64,000 bases of DNA from Macrostomum lignano (Eukaryota), in assembly GCA_002269645.1 (NCBI GenBank), contig NIVC01000708.1, positions 372,001-436,000 on the forward strand. The letters run 5' to 3'. Shown in pieces: positions 39,900-52,212 of the stretch. How positions within the stretch are numbered: the first letter of the stretch is position 1; each line of letters opens with the position of its first letter. Made by a program: the position numbers and the translations under genes. The notes beneath the pieces were generated by a model that saw nothing but the letters and a program-made list of their open reading frames with translations, ran no database searches and was not told the origin of the DNA.

Positions 39900-40660
39900 G
39901 CCTAACATTTCGTTATTTGTATTTCTGGGCCTGTGCTGTGAAGTATTTTTACCACGTAAAAAATAGAACTAAATCATTTTGATGAAAACACCCTTGATGA
40001 TGTGTCACACAGCTGCATAATGTTGCGTGTAAAAAATAGTTCGATTAGTTTTTGGCCCGTCGAAGACAAACTAGACAAAGTCGTCAAAAATCAAAATAAT
40101 CGATAATTTTTCTTTTTCAAAATATATATATTTCGTTTTCTAAAAAATTGTGAACTGAAAATACTCTGGTCAAAAACGTTTCAAGGTACGCACTTAAACA
40201 CACACTAAGAATTTTAATCGTATTTTTTAGTACTATTAACATTGTTGAAAATATTTAAAGCATAAAAAATATGATTGCAGTTAGACAGATGTAAAACATG
40301 ACAAAAAAATTGTGGCTTGGGCAACTTTTTTTAAATACAAGGAAATGCGTAGCATTTTTTTCCGAGTTCGAGTCTCAAAGTAGAGGATAATATATAAATT
40401 AACTATCTTAATCTCACTGTCACTGGCTTACTGCCCAGTGATAAAAAAACTGGAATGAAATTACAAATTCTTTTTTTGGCAATATAATTTTAAGTATTAG
40501 GCCCTACTCACAGTATCGCTTTAAATTCGTCAGTTTATTAGTTATTTTATTTATGATAGACTGATAGTTAAAATTGAAATGATGGATGGATCGGATGCGG
40601 GATGTCGAATTACTGAATTTTTGCTTTGAACTTTGACCCTTTTAGATTAAGATCAAAATG
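39900..40660. promoter_or_regulatory. CpG-retaining island between divergent RAD21 and FERM genes; candidate shared promoter
   Basis: Many CpGs in about 750 bp flanked by nearly CpG-free AT-rich DNA. Possible donors: plus AAG|GTACGC at 40186 and minus G|GTAAAA near 39951. Inference only. Confidence 0.35.
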
Positions 40661-41866
40661 TTAGTAGTTTTGTTTCTTTTACATTTAATTAAAATATTTT
40701 CATTGTATTTTTTAACTAGTTAAAACATTATAATATTTTTTAAACTTTAGTCTCTAGTGGTAGTAGTACTAGCAGTACAGTAGTAGTAGCAGTAGTTAGG
40801 CCTAGGATTGGCTTAGTAAAAACACAAAACAGCCTGGTTAGCCAATATAAAAATTATATTTAAGTATTTTTAGAAGTAATAAAAGTTAGTAATACAAATG
40901 GATATTTTCTATAAATTGTTATTGCATTTGCAATTGTTTTATAATTGCATTTATATAAAAATTTAGATTTTGAGACAAATAAGTATGATTATGATTAGCA
41001 GTAAAAAATGAAATTTAGTATAATAAAATCTATCAATATCAATTTGGTTTTCATTTATAGTTAAAAAATAAAAAAGGTAAATTAATATTTTGAGACTATC
41101 AAGATAATATTAAAAAGACAACTTATACAATATAAATTTTTATAAAATCATATATATATATATAACTTTTTAATAGTAGCACAAATTAATAATACATGGA
41201 AATAATGCTAATTTTATATTAATATATCAATGCCTTATGAAATTTGGATGTTTGCATCAAATAAAAATATGAATTAATAAAATTGTAATTATAAGTATAA
41301 ATTAATATTATATGTATATTGAATATAAAAAGCAACATAAGCCAAAAATAGCACAAAATTTAATGGGTTGCAGAATATAAGAAAAAATACAAAATTGTAT
41401 AGCCAATAGTAGTTATAAGCAACAAATAAAAAAGAAAAAAGAAGAAGTCTATATTAGAGGTCAATAGTTTAAAATATTTAGCTTTGAGCATATTGCAAAC
41501 TATTAAGAAGTTTAAACACTTGAAGTTCAAACTTTTAAACTATGAATAGCAGTTGTATTGATTATAGTATTCTGTTATTCTAGATTAAGTCAATTGCTCC
41601 TAAGCTCAAAGTGACTAAAAAATCTATATATATATATTGTATATTTATAGTGACCTATTCCTAGTATGAGAAATAAAAATAATGCAAAAACCAAATATTT
41701 TATAGCTAGTGCAAAAAGTTCTGCATTGTTGTAAGATAAATATAAGTCGATTGTCTTGGATCTTAGCAAGGTCCTAGTTTAGTGGGTATAGAAAAGCTTT
41801 ATTCTTTATCCTCTGTGTAGTCCAGTACCCATAGACTGCCAGGCCGCCACAACCTTTGCATGTCTA

Positions 41867-44800
41867 ATGGCCGAAGTCGCGGTCGGCATTGACATTTCCT
41901 CCGGTGGCGAGGCTCGCAAGAAGAAGCGCTCATCAAGACGGGCCGAGGCTGGCGATGAGGCCGGCGAGAGGCGGCACCGGCGGAAGAAGTCCACCCAGCA
42001 GCCCGGCGACGCCGATGGAGGCGGCGATGGCGATGGTGAGCGGCGCAAGAAGAAGAAGAAAAACAGAGAGGACGAGACGCCCGAGGAAAAAGAAGAGCGA
42101 AGGCGTCGACGAAGGGAGAAGAAGCAGGCGAAGGCGGAGGCGGAGGCGGCTGCTGCCGCCACTGCTGCTGCGGCCGCGGCTGGCGTGGCGCCGACTGCAG
42201 ACGAAAGCGATGAAGATGGGGAGGCCAATTTTCTACCTGCCGCTCGCCCACCGCCCCCGCCTGTGCCGCAGCAGCGGGCTCCGGCGGCTGCCTCCGACAC
42301 TGCATCGGACGAGGATGCCAGAGGATTCGGCGAGGAGCCACCGAGGCGTCAGCAGCCGCCGCCGCCTGCACCGAAGCCGAAACCAAAGCCGAAGCCGGCA
42401 GCCAGGCCGCAAGTTCCGCCGCCGGCGTCCCCCTCGCCGCCGCCGCCCCCTCCGCCGCCGCCGCCGCAACCCCAGCAGCAGTTCTACCCGGCTGAGAGCG
42501 ACGAGGACGATGTTGAAGCTCACGATGCCAGGGTGGCAACTCCGCCGCCGCCGACGCCTCCGCCGCCCCCGCCTACGTCGGACCCGCGAGCGCAGCAAGC
42601 CGACAGCGAGGCGGATGAGGACGACCAGGATGACGACCAGTTCCGACCGCCGCAGTGGAACCGGCCGAGCACTCCGACGCCCCCGACCACGCCTCCGCCA
42701 CCGCCGACAACGACGAAACCGGCGCTGCCGAATCCGGCCAACCCAACCGACCTGCATCGCTATCTTGCCGCTACCCTGGATGACGAGGGCAGCGACGTCG
42801 GCGGGATGGAGCCGGAACCGCCAGCACGCCAGCAGCAGCCGCAGCACCAGCAGCAGCCACCATACCAGCAGCAACCATACCAGCAGCAGCCGCAGCAGCC
42901 ACCGTACCAGCAGCAGCCGCCGTACCAGCAGCAGCCTCCAGTATCTCCCGATGCTGAGTTCGATCGGCCCGACCGGCCGATATCGGCGTTTGGCGGCGGC
43001 GGCGTGCCCGGCGACCGCCAATCGGCTGCGCTGTCGTTATCGCGCGGCGAGGATCCGAACATGGAGCAGCCGCCGATTCCGGAGGGCAAAAAGCCGGGTG
43101 GCGGCCTCCTGGGCCGACTGTTTGCCTCGTTTCGTCGGGGCGGCTCCACGAAGCGCAAAGGCTCCACCGCCTCAGCTAAGAAGGCTCCGGGCACGGCGAT
43201 GGCATCACCGGGGGCTGGCGGAGCTCCTTCTACGTCGGCGGAATCGGCCGGTCTAGGCGAGCACGACAGGTGGAATTCGAACCCGGGACTATTCAACGCC
43301 AACGACACGCCGGGCAATACGTTTGACCAGAGACTGCAGCAGCCGCCTCAGCAGCCCGTGGCGCTCAGACAGCCAGTGCCAGGTGTGAGACCCCTGGCTG
43401 ACACCGAGGTTCGTGTCATTCTGCTGGACGGCGAAGAAATTGGCGTGCCAATACCGCGCAAAGCTACTGGCAGCGAGCTGATGGCTCGCGTCTGTGAGCA
43501 CATCGACCTACAGGAGATTGATTACTTTGGTCTAACCTACGTCGACGGAAAAGAACGCATGTGGTTCTGGTTGGACTGCGAGAAGCGAGTTCTGAAACAA
43601 CTGAAGCACTGCGAGAATCGAATGCTCAATTTCCAGGTAAGTCATAACTGCTGATTTTTAATTTAACTATGTTTCTGTTTCTACTTATGTAAGTAGGCTA
43701 CCGCGAACATGAGTTTAAAAATCTACCACGTAGAGTTGTGGTAGTGAGGCTCTCTACGTGCTCTCTAGTAAAAATTTCTTTAAATTCGGCTCTGGGTTTT
43801 GTCCGGAAAAGCGCATTTTCATTAAAAGACAACATTTGCCTCTTTCAACCTTAATATATGATACACTCACTTATTCAAAAGACATTTTTTACAAAAAAAT
43901 AATGAAATTGTAGCAATTTTTCTTTTGCGTCTTCAATTTCTACACAGTCGTGCTTTAGTTTTTTGCTCATGTCTCTTGAATCCACTTGACATGCGTGTAT
44001 TGGTAATCACTCGAAATTTTCCAGTAAAAATGCAGTTTAACTTGGCTTTAAAATTGTTATTATACTTCAAATTTTCCCATGCGATTGCCAACTTGATTGT
44101 TCCTGTGTTGATTTGTTCGGTTTTTCCAGCTTGATAAAAAATACTTGCTGCTAAAAGTATTAAGAGTGCGAGAGTGGCACGTTGCTGCTGTAAAAGCTGA
44201 AGAATGTTGTGGTCGTGAGCCTTCGAGGCTCTTTAAACAGAAACCTTTAGTTAGACTGTCTCTCCTAGTCCTATTCCTACATCTTCGCTTGTACTCAACA
44301 CCCACTAGGTGAAGTTCTACCCACCGGAGCCCAACATGCTAATGGCTGACGTGACACGCTATCAGCTGTGTCTACAGGTTAGACAGGACATCTACACAGG
44401 CAAGCTGCCCTGCACCTGGGTAACTCAAGCCCTGCTCGGCTCGTTCCAAGTTCAATCGGAGCTCGGTGACTTTGACCAAGCTGAGCACGGTGACATCGGC
44501 ACACTTGACTATCTGCAGAACTTCGAATTCGTGCACAACCAGACTCCGGAGCTTGTGAATAAGATTGCCGAGCTGCACCGCGGGCACAAGGGCATCACGC
44601 CCGAGGTCGCCGACCTGCGCTACTTGGAGACTGCCCGCCGGCTGGAGTTCTACGGAGTCGACCTACACCCGGCCCGGGATCTGGACGATGTTGACATCAC
44701 CATCGGGGTGTGCTTCGGCGGCGTGCTGGTGTACAAAGATCGCATGCGAATTTCGCGCTTCGCTTGGCCAAAAATTTTGCGCATCTCCTACAGGAAGAAC

Positions 44801-45546
44801 CTCTTCTACTTGAAGATCCGATCCGACCTGTATGAGAATGTCGAGGCTGTGGTCGGCTTCAAGATGATGAACCACCGGTGGGTTTTCCTTACAGCTTCCT
44901 AATTTAGATTCTCTATGGTTTCAAATGAGCATCAATAGCAGCCCTCGAGTTTTAGCTCTCACAGATCCTCGCATTCCGAATATCGAATCCCTAAATATCC
45001 ATAAAAAGTCCTTAAAAGCCACAAGCTGAATCACAGATTTATCTCGCAGAGAGCCACAATGCCAAGCTCCAGTCACTATCAATCGATAAGCTTGTCAATT
45101 CGTGTCTCCCACCCCGCAGCTGGGCCAAGCGCCTATGGAAGATCGCCATCGAGAACCACTCGTTCTTCCGCCTAAAAGAGGTGCAGATGGAGAAGTCCAG
45201 CAGCAAGCTGTCGCTGAACTTTATCCGCGGTAGCAGCAGCCACCGCTTCTCGGGCCGCACAATGCACCAGTACCGCGCCGAGGGCGGCACCATGCGCCAG
45301 TCGGGGACCTTCGATCGGTCGCTCAGCAAGCGAATGTCGGCCAGCCTGCCCAGCCTGAAGGGCTCGCAGTACGGCTCCTTTCACAGCCTCAACCGGCTGC
45401 ACCCAAGAGACATGCGACCGCAGGCTAGCGGTGGCGGCGGCGGCGGCGGCGGCCGCGCCAGCATGCAGGGACCGCCGAGAACAGCCGGCCGGACCGCCAG
45501 CGTCAGCGTGCTTCCAACGGCTGCATTTAGTCGCGACAGGCCGTCT
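41867..45546 (+). CDS. EPB41L: Protein 4.1/coracle-type FERM + FA domain protein with a ~500-aa disordered N-terminus
   Basis: Exons 41867-43636, 44309-44877 and 45120-45546 join in phase. FERM motifs include LQEIDYFGLTY, VKFYPPEP, RYQLCLQVRQDI, YGVDLHPA and RISRFAWPKILRISY; FA motifs are HSFFRL...HRFSGRT...FDRSLS. Probable further exons 46116-46150 and 49909-49999 are also phase-consistent and end in TAA (about 963 aa total, lower confidence). Confidence 0.9.
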
Positions 45547-45664
45547 GTGAGTTGCTTGAGAACTGCTAATTCACCTATTGGGGATCATCGACTCCCTGAG
45601 GGTTTTTATTCCATAGCTTAGGCTTTCATATTCATATTAATAGAGATTTTATGCCCATGTGATT

Positions 45665-45965
45665 TTTATCCCTGTTGGGATTTATCCCTACTGGGATTTA
45701 TCCCTACTGGGATTTATCCCTACTGGGATTTATCCCTACTGGGATTTATCCCTACTGGGATTTATCCCTACTGGGATTTATCCCTACTGGGATTTATCCC
45801 TACTGGGATTTATCCCTACTGGGATTTATCCCTACTGGGATTTATCCCTACTGGGATTTATCCCTACTGGGATTCACCCGGTTGGGATTCACCCGGTTGG
45901 GATTCACCCTGTTGGGATTTATCCCTATTGGGATTCACCCGGTTGGGATTCACCCTATTGGGATT
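45665..45965. repeat. 16-bp minisatellite with internal palindrome
   Basis: Unit TACTGGGATTTATCCC (GGGAT-TT-ATCCC), shifting to GGGATTCACCC variants at the 3' end. Intronic. Confidence 0.95.
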
Positions 45966-46462
45966 CATCCCTTAATGGAACTTATCCATTAATGTATACA
46001 TTAACTTATACATACATTAGGTTGCCAGCTATCGAAGTATAGCTACAGAAAAATGCACTTTTAAGAGATTTTAATTTATTACTAATTAACAAATCATTCT
46101 TGCCTGGCCTTGCAGACTCGCTCTTCATCTACAGCCAATGACGACATTCTGTGAGCGCTGAACTTCATTGTTTCCTATAGTTTTCTTTAAGTAGGTACGC
46201 TGGAACTGGGAGGCCTGCTACGATTCAGCCCCGTTCACTGTGTAAAGCTGAGCAAATTTCGAACAAACTAACGATTCATTAAACTTGTGAGCCAATCGCC
46301 AATCATTTTTACACATTTTTCCCAGGTGCCCTTTTTTGCTTGCTCGTTTGCCAAACAGTTATTAATACTATGCAAATAATAGTTTTAGCCCCATTGTCAA
46401 TACAAAGTATATCACAACCTTTGACTGAATCGATTGATGATCTAGCTGCCTCACTTATAATA

Positions 46463-47677
46463 TTGCAGTGGAAAATTCCATTGATAAGTTGCAGTGGAAA
46501 ATTCCATTGATAAGTTGCAGTGGAAAATTCCATTGATAAGTTGCAGTGGAAAATTCCATTGATAAGTTGCAGTGGAAAATTCCATTGATAAGTTGCAGTG
46601 GAAAATTCCATTGATAAGTTGCAGTGGAAAATTCCATTGATAAGTTGCAGTGGAAAATTCCATTGATAAGTTGCAGTGGAAAATTCCATTGATAAGTTGC
46701 AGTGGAAAATTCCATTGATAAGTTGCAGTGGAAAATTCCATTGATAAGTTGCAGTGGAAAATTCCATTGATAAGTTGCAGTGGAAAATTCCATTGATAAG
46801 TTGCAGTGGAAAATTCCATTGATAAGTTGCAGTGGAAAATTCCATTGATAAGTTGCAGTGGAAAATTCCATTGATAAGTTGCAGTGGAAAATTCCATTGA
46901 TAAGTTGCAGTGGAAAATTCCATTGATAAGTTGCAGTGGAAAATTCCATTGATAAGTTGCAGTGGAAAATTCCATTGATAAGTTGCAGTGGAAAATTCCA
47001 TTGATAAGTTGCAGTGGAAAATTCCATTGATAAGTTGCAGTGGAAAATTCCATTGATAAGTTGCAGTGGAAAATTCCATTGATAAGTTGCAGTGGAAAAT
47101 TCCATTGATAAGTTGCAGTGGAAAATTCCATTGATAAGTTGCAGTGGAAAATTCCATTGATAAGTTGCAGTGGAAAATTCCATTGATAAGTTGCAGTGGA
47201 AAATTCCATTGATAAGTTGCAGTGGAAAATTCCATTGATAAGTTGCAGTGGAAAATTCCATTGATAAGTTGCAGTGGAAAATTCCATTGATAAGTTGCAG
47301 TGGAAAATTCCATTGATAAGTTGCAGTGGAAAATTCCATTGATAAGTTGCAGTGGAAAATTCCATTGATAAGTTGCAGTGGAAAATTCCATTGATAAGTT
47401 GCAGTGGAAAATTCCATTGATAAGTTGCAGTGGAAAATTCCATTGATAAGTTGCAGTGGAAAATTCCATTGATAAGTTGCAGTGGAAAATTCCATTGATA
47501 AGTTGCAGTGGAAAATTCCATTGATAAGTTGCAGTGGAAAATTCCATTGATAAGTTGCAGTGGAAAATTCCATTGATAAGTTGCAGTGGAAAATTCCATT
47601 GATAAGTTGCAGTGGAAAATTCCATTGATAAGTTGCAGTGGAAAATTCCATTGATAAGTTGCAGTGGAAAATTCCAT
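46463..47677. repeat. Homogeneous 26-bp tandem array, about 46.7 copies
   Basis: Unit TTGCAGTGGAAAATTCCATTGATAAG, with no variant unit seen. Confidence 0.97.
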
Positions 47678-48054
47678 CGGCGGCTAGATTAGCAATCGAT
47701 TCTCATTTCGAAATTGCTGTTGCCTTAAAGTGGTTGCTACGCCCAATTTCCTAAAGTTTTTTAGCATGTTCGATCTGCTCAATCGTTTTGTTGCGTCCCA
47801 CTTTTTCCTCTCAACCCAGCTGGCTGTTCAGAGGTTTTTGTCGTCAGAATAGTTTTGTTTTACTTACGAGCTCGTTTCAACGTGTTTTTTGTCCAAAGAT
47901 ACCATTTGAAAAGTGTCTTATAATAACCTTTTGTCTTCCACCAAACATTCCGGAATGGCCTCATTTTTTACTGTTACGAGCTACGTGTAGTTCTGTTTAC
48001 TTCAGATGCTGTGTCGGTAAAGTTTGCTCATTGGCATCAAATCACAATTTGTGT

Positions 48055-48635
48055 GTGAGTGGGTGAGGGAGAGTGGGTGAGGGAGAGTGACTGAGGGAGA
48101 GTGAGAGAGGGAGAATGACTGAGGGAGAATGACTGAGGGAGAGTGACTGAGGGAGAGTGAGAGAGGGAGAATGACTGAGGGAGAATGACTGAGGGAGAGT
48201 GACTGAGGGAGAGTGAGAGAGGGAGAATGACTGAGGGAGAATGACTGAGGGAGAGTGACTGAGGGAGAGTGAGAGAGGGAGAATGACTGAGGGAGAGTGA
48301 CTGAGGGAGAGTGACTGAGGGAGAGTGACTGAGGGAGAGTGAGAGAGGGAGAATGACTGAGGGAGAATGACTGAGGGAGAGTGACTGAGGGAGAGTGAGA
48401 GAGGGAGAATGACTGAGGGAGAATGACTGAGGGAGAGTGACTGAGGGAGAGTGAGAGAGGGAGAATGACTGAGGGAGAATGACTGAGGGAGAGTGACTGA
48501 GGGAGAGTGAGAGAGGGAGAATGACTGAGGGAGAATGACTGAGGGAGAGTGACTGAGGGAGATTGGATTGGGGAGAGTTGGTGAGGGAGAGTGGGTAGGA
48601 GAGGGTGGGTGAGGAAGAGTGACTGAGGGAGAGAG
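48055..48635. repeat. 14-bp purine-rich minisatellite with ~56-bp higher-order pattern
   Basis: Units GAGGGAGAGTGACT / GAGGGAGAGTGAGA / GAGGGAGAATGACT in recurring order. Confidence 0.9.
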
Positions 48636-49389
48636 AAGGGATGCTACAGAATCAATCATTTACAGACTTAACCAGCATCGCCCACATATCCTCGAATGTG
48701 TTTTCCCAGTTTTTATAAAACCTCTCGCTAATAACGCGCCCATATCTACGTGTGATGTACTTTTACCAAACGTGTGATAACTGATATAGGCTTATATACA
48801 TATTTATTTATATTTTTACCTTTGATTTTAGTACACTAGCCAGCTATCTGCTGTGATGTCCCTGCATTCTCCTTTCATTTTGTTTGACAGTTTGACCACC
48901 AACTGAATCGAGCTGGACCTCTGCCCGCTGATGGAACCAAATTTCCATATTTCATATTTTTGCAGTTTTGATTGCTGTTCCTTCTGCTTCGCAACGTTTT
49001 TTCATTTAAATTTTCTCCATTAATAAATAAACATTCCTAATGCTACTGGCTAAGCTCTGTTTGCTGCTGTGATCACCTGTTTATCAACACCTGTGCTGCT
49101 GCTGCGTCGCGCACTCGAATTCCTGAGCCCCTCCTATACGCCTTACTCAACTGTAATCAATCCCATTTATTTGGCAGATCAACGAACGAACTGTCTGCAA
49201 ATTTACACTAAACAGGTAGTTCAATCAGTAAATAAGCGAGTGAACTTTGCGGGAATAAAAAATGATTGTATTCAAATCGCCAAAACACTGCTGGCTGATG
49301 TTTGAGATTTAATCGCACTCCACTAACCGCAGGTGATGCTTTCTTGTTCATTGTTTTTTAACGCTTCCACAGCTTGCAAGACATGAAGC

Positions 49390-49920
49390 TGTCGAGATCA
49401 AAGGGACCGCCGTCATTCCTACCGCTTCCTCTCATCGAGATCAAAGGGACCGCCGTCATTCCTACCGCATCCTCTCATCGAGATCGAAGGGACCACCGTC
49501 ATTCCTACCGCTTCCTCTCATCGAGATCGAAGGGACCACCGTCATTCCTACCGCTTCCTCTCATCGAGATCAAAGGGACCGCCGTCATTCCTACCGCTTC
49601 CTCTGATCCAGATCAAAGGGACCGCAGTCATTCCTACCGCTTCCTCTTATCCAGATCAAAGGGACCGCAGTCATTCCTACCGCTTCCTCTTATCCAGATC
49701 AAAGGGACCGCAGTCATTCCTACCGCTTCCTCTTATCCAGATCAAAGGGACCGCAGTCATTCCTACCGCTTCCTCTTATCCAGATCAAAGGGACCGCAGT
49801 CATTCCTACCGCTTCCTCTTATCCAGATCAAAGGGACCGCAGTCATTCCTACCGCTTCCTCTTATCCAGATCAAATGGACCGCCGTCATTCCTACCGCTT
49901 CCTCTTAGAGATCAAAGGAA
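49390..49920 (+). repeat. 43-bp tandem array spanning a putative acceptor/exon junction, about 12 copies
   Basis: Unit ATCCAGATCAAAGGGACCGCAGTCATTCCTACCGCTTCCTCTT. The last unit reads ...CTTCCTCTTAG|AGATCAAAGGAAG, the putative terminal FERM exon. Confidence 0.9.
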
Positions 49921-50782
49921 GCCTTCTCTCATACTCGTAGACATCAAAGAGTCCGCATTCCTAAAAATCTTCGCCAAAAGCAAGACAAAAACGGAATAAT
50001 TTTTGCTTTGAAGCCATGATTCTTATATTTTTAATTAGAACTCAATAAATGCTGGTTTATAGCTGCAGCATACATGTCGCAGTGACAAAATTAGTACTTG
50101 AACCTAAAGCATAAGCCAGCTTTTGTCTGCGTTGTAAAGCCCAGACTGAAAATTACGGTCTGCAACAACAATTGCGTATAAAATAAGTTCCCTGCGGCTC
50201 GAAAGAGCAACTCTTACCAGTACAGACACTATAAAACCATATGCAAACACTCGCGGTAAAAAACTTGTCGAACTCAATGCGAGGGGATAAAAGTGTGGCT
50301 GCTCACCTCCCGCAGAAGCCACGGGAGGCGGTGGCGCAGTAAAACTTTCTAGGAAATAAAACTCAAAACAAGACAATAGCGGACATTGATCACCATTGAA
50401 TTATTAAAACAAAATAATTTTTGCTCTATACAGTGATGGTCACAAAGATGCGACACAAGGCTAAAAATACCTGCTTGGACTTGTAATGAGAACAGGGAAA
50501 TCTTTGATTACCTATTTCGGGTGTTGGTTTAGCACTGTACGTTGGATCCCCTGTTCTCGTTATTATTATTATTTTAAACAAAAACAATTCCACAAATTTG
50601 TGCAGTCTATTAAAATTTGTGCTTGGCTATAACAATGAATTTGTGCTGCACTCAGGCGAAGCTCACAGACAGCCAAATATCGCACCATTTAACTGAATTT
50701 CACTGTCAATTTGCTTTTTGCAAAAATTTGCTTTTCTGACAGTATCGGAAATTCTATGTAAATTTAAACAAAACGATTCGTA

Positions 50783-51111
50783 TTACGGCATGCGCGACTG
50801 CATCATCGGCGTGCTGCTGTTGTTCTCGGCGATGAAGTCGGCGATGTAGCGAACTCTTGGCTGATGCTGCTGCTGCTGCTGAGACTGCGAAGACTGGTGC
50901 GGCAGCGGCCACTCGCCGGAAGCCAGACACGCGGAATTCTGGTTGCTGAAAGGCGCTAAAAACGATGCAGCTGGCGCCAAATTGGAAGGACTCGCTGTGG
51001 GAAATTCCGGCGTTGGCGGACTGGCAAACATTCCTGGTTGCTGGTGCAGATAGCTGCTGCCGGGAGGCTGAGGATTCTGGAACGATGTCGAACCGTAGTA
51101 GGAAAAATACG

Positions 51112-51142
<31 letters not shown>

Positions 51143-52212
51143 ATGTTGATGTTGTTGCTGGTAGTGCTGCTGCAGTTGCATTGGACTTTTAGGACTCTGG
51201 AAGTACGATGGCCCTGAAGCTGCTGCGGCAGCGGCTGCGGCAGCGGCGGAAGCAGCGGAGCTGGCAATGAAATCGTGGGGCCCGTAGTCCACCTTGCGCA
51301 CGCGGCGGTCCTTGGCCCGTCGGTTTTTAAACCAGATCTGGAGATTGCATGGTGATTGGTTTGATGATTGAACATTGCTTTCATGGAAATCCTTCTGATT
51401 CCTGATCACTCAAAACGTCTTTATTGAAGGTCTTGAATCTGACATCCCAATCAGACTCCATGGCAAGCACTGGATTCACAAGGTAGACATTGATCCTGAT
51501 CACTTGCTGAGCTCAACTCTCTAATCTCCTCTGATCTCCCCTTTCATTACTCCCTCTCTCTGACCTCTCATATCTGACCTTAGCTTTGGTTTCCAACTAA
51601 CCCTTGTTTGATTGAACCCTCTACCTCTTTTGCAAGCTAGCTACTCTTTTTCACTTTTCCTTCTAATCAAATAAAATATCAGACTCAAACTCCCATCTCG
51701 CAGAATTTAAATTTACCGTCAATCCTGAGCTTTAAACATTTAAACTGATTGCTTCGATCGGCTTACCCTCTCTGAACATTCCCACTTTTCCGGCCTCTCC
51801 TTGTCTGATAACTTCTACTTTGTCGCAAAACCGCCATTCAACCCACATCTGTCTTGCCCCCGATTCCAATGCTAAGAGCAAGACGTAATAATTAAACTAC
51901 AGTTCTATCAAGGTGGCACGAATAGTCACGTACCAACACCTTCCTGTAGGGAATGCCAATCGTTCTGCTAAGCAACTCCAGTTCTCGATAATCGGGGTAC
52001 TTTTGCAACTCAAACATGCGCTCAAGTTCACGCCTCTGTACAGCCGTGAGATTGGCCCTTCGTCTCGGTAGCGTTGCCTTTGGCGTCTCTTGCAGTGCCA
52101 GTACAGGCGCAGACGCAGTGGCAGATGTTGATGCAATCGAACTAGAAGCTGGTGCAGCATCAGCATAGTGGAATGGACGGTTGAATTGCACAAAACTTGG
52201 AGTGCCTTCCAT
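50783..52212 (-). CDS. Divergent PRD-class K50 homeodomain transcription factor (goosecoid/Otx/Pitx-like), about 277 aa
   Basis: Exons 52212-51934 and 51337-50783. The homeodomain RRRANLTAVQRRELERMFELQKYPDYRELELLSRTIGIPYRKVL|IWFKNRRAKDRR has its intron at the PRD-typical position 46/47. Poly-Ala and poly-Gln tail. Confidence 0.85.

Noticed and set aside
39480-39900. Frequent TAGGCCTA palindromes suggesting RIP-like CpA mutation
   Set aside because: The Helitron copy comparison shows mainly CpG changes, and this motif is common in AT-rich animal DNA.
41799-43317. Minus-strand ORFs overlapping FERM exon 1 (and similar ones over the RAD21, DENN and Ig exons)
   Set aside because: Shadow ORFs typical of GC-rich coding sequence, with no domains.
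46309-47677. CRISPR-like palindromic repeat and three ~400-aa ORFs
   Set aside because: No spacers, no cas genes and a eukaryotic context. The ORFs arise because the 26-nt unit lacks stops on one strand.
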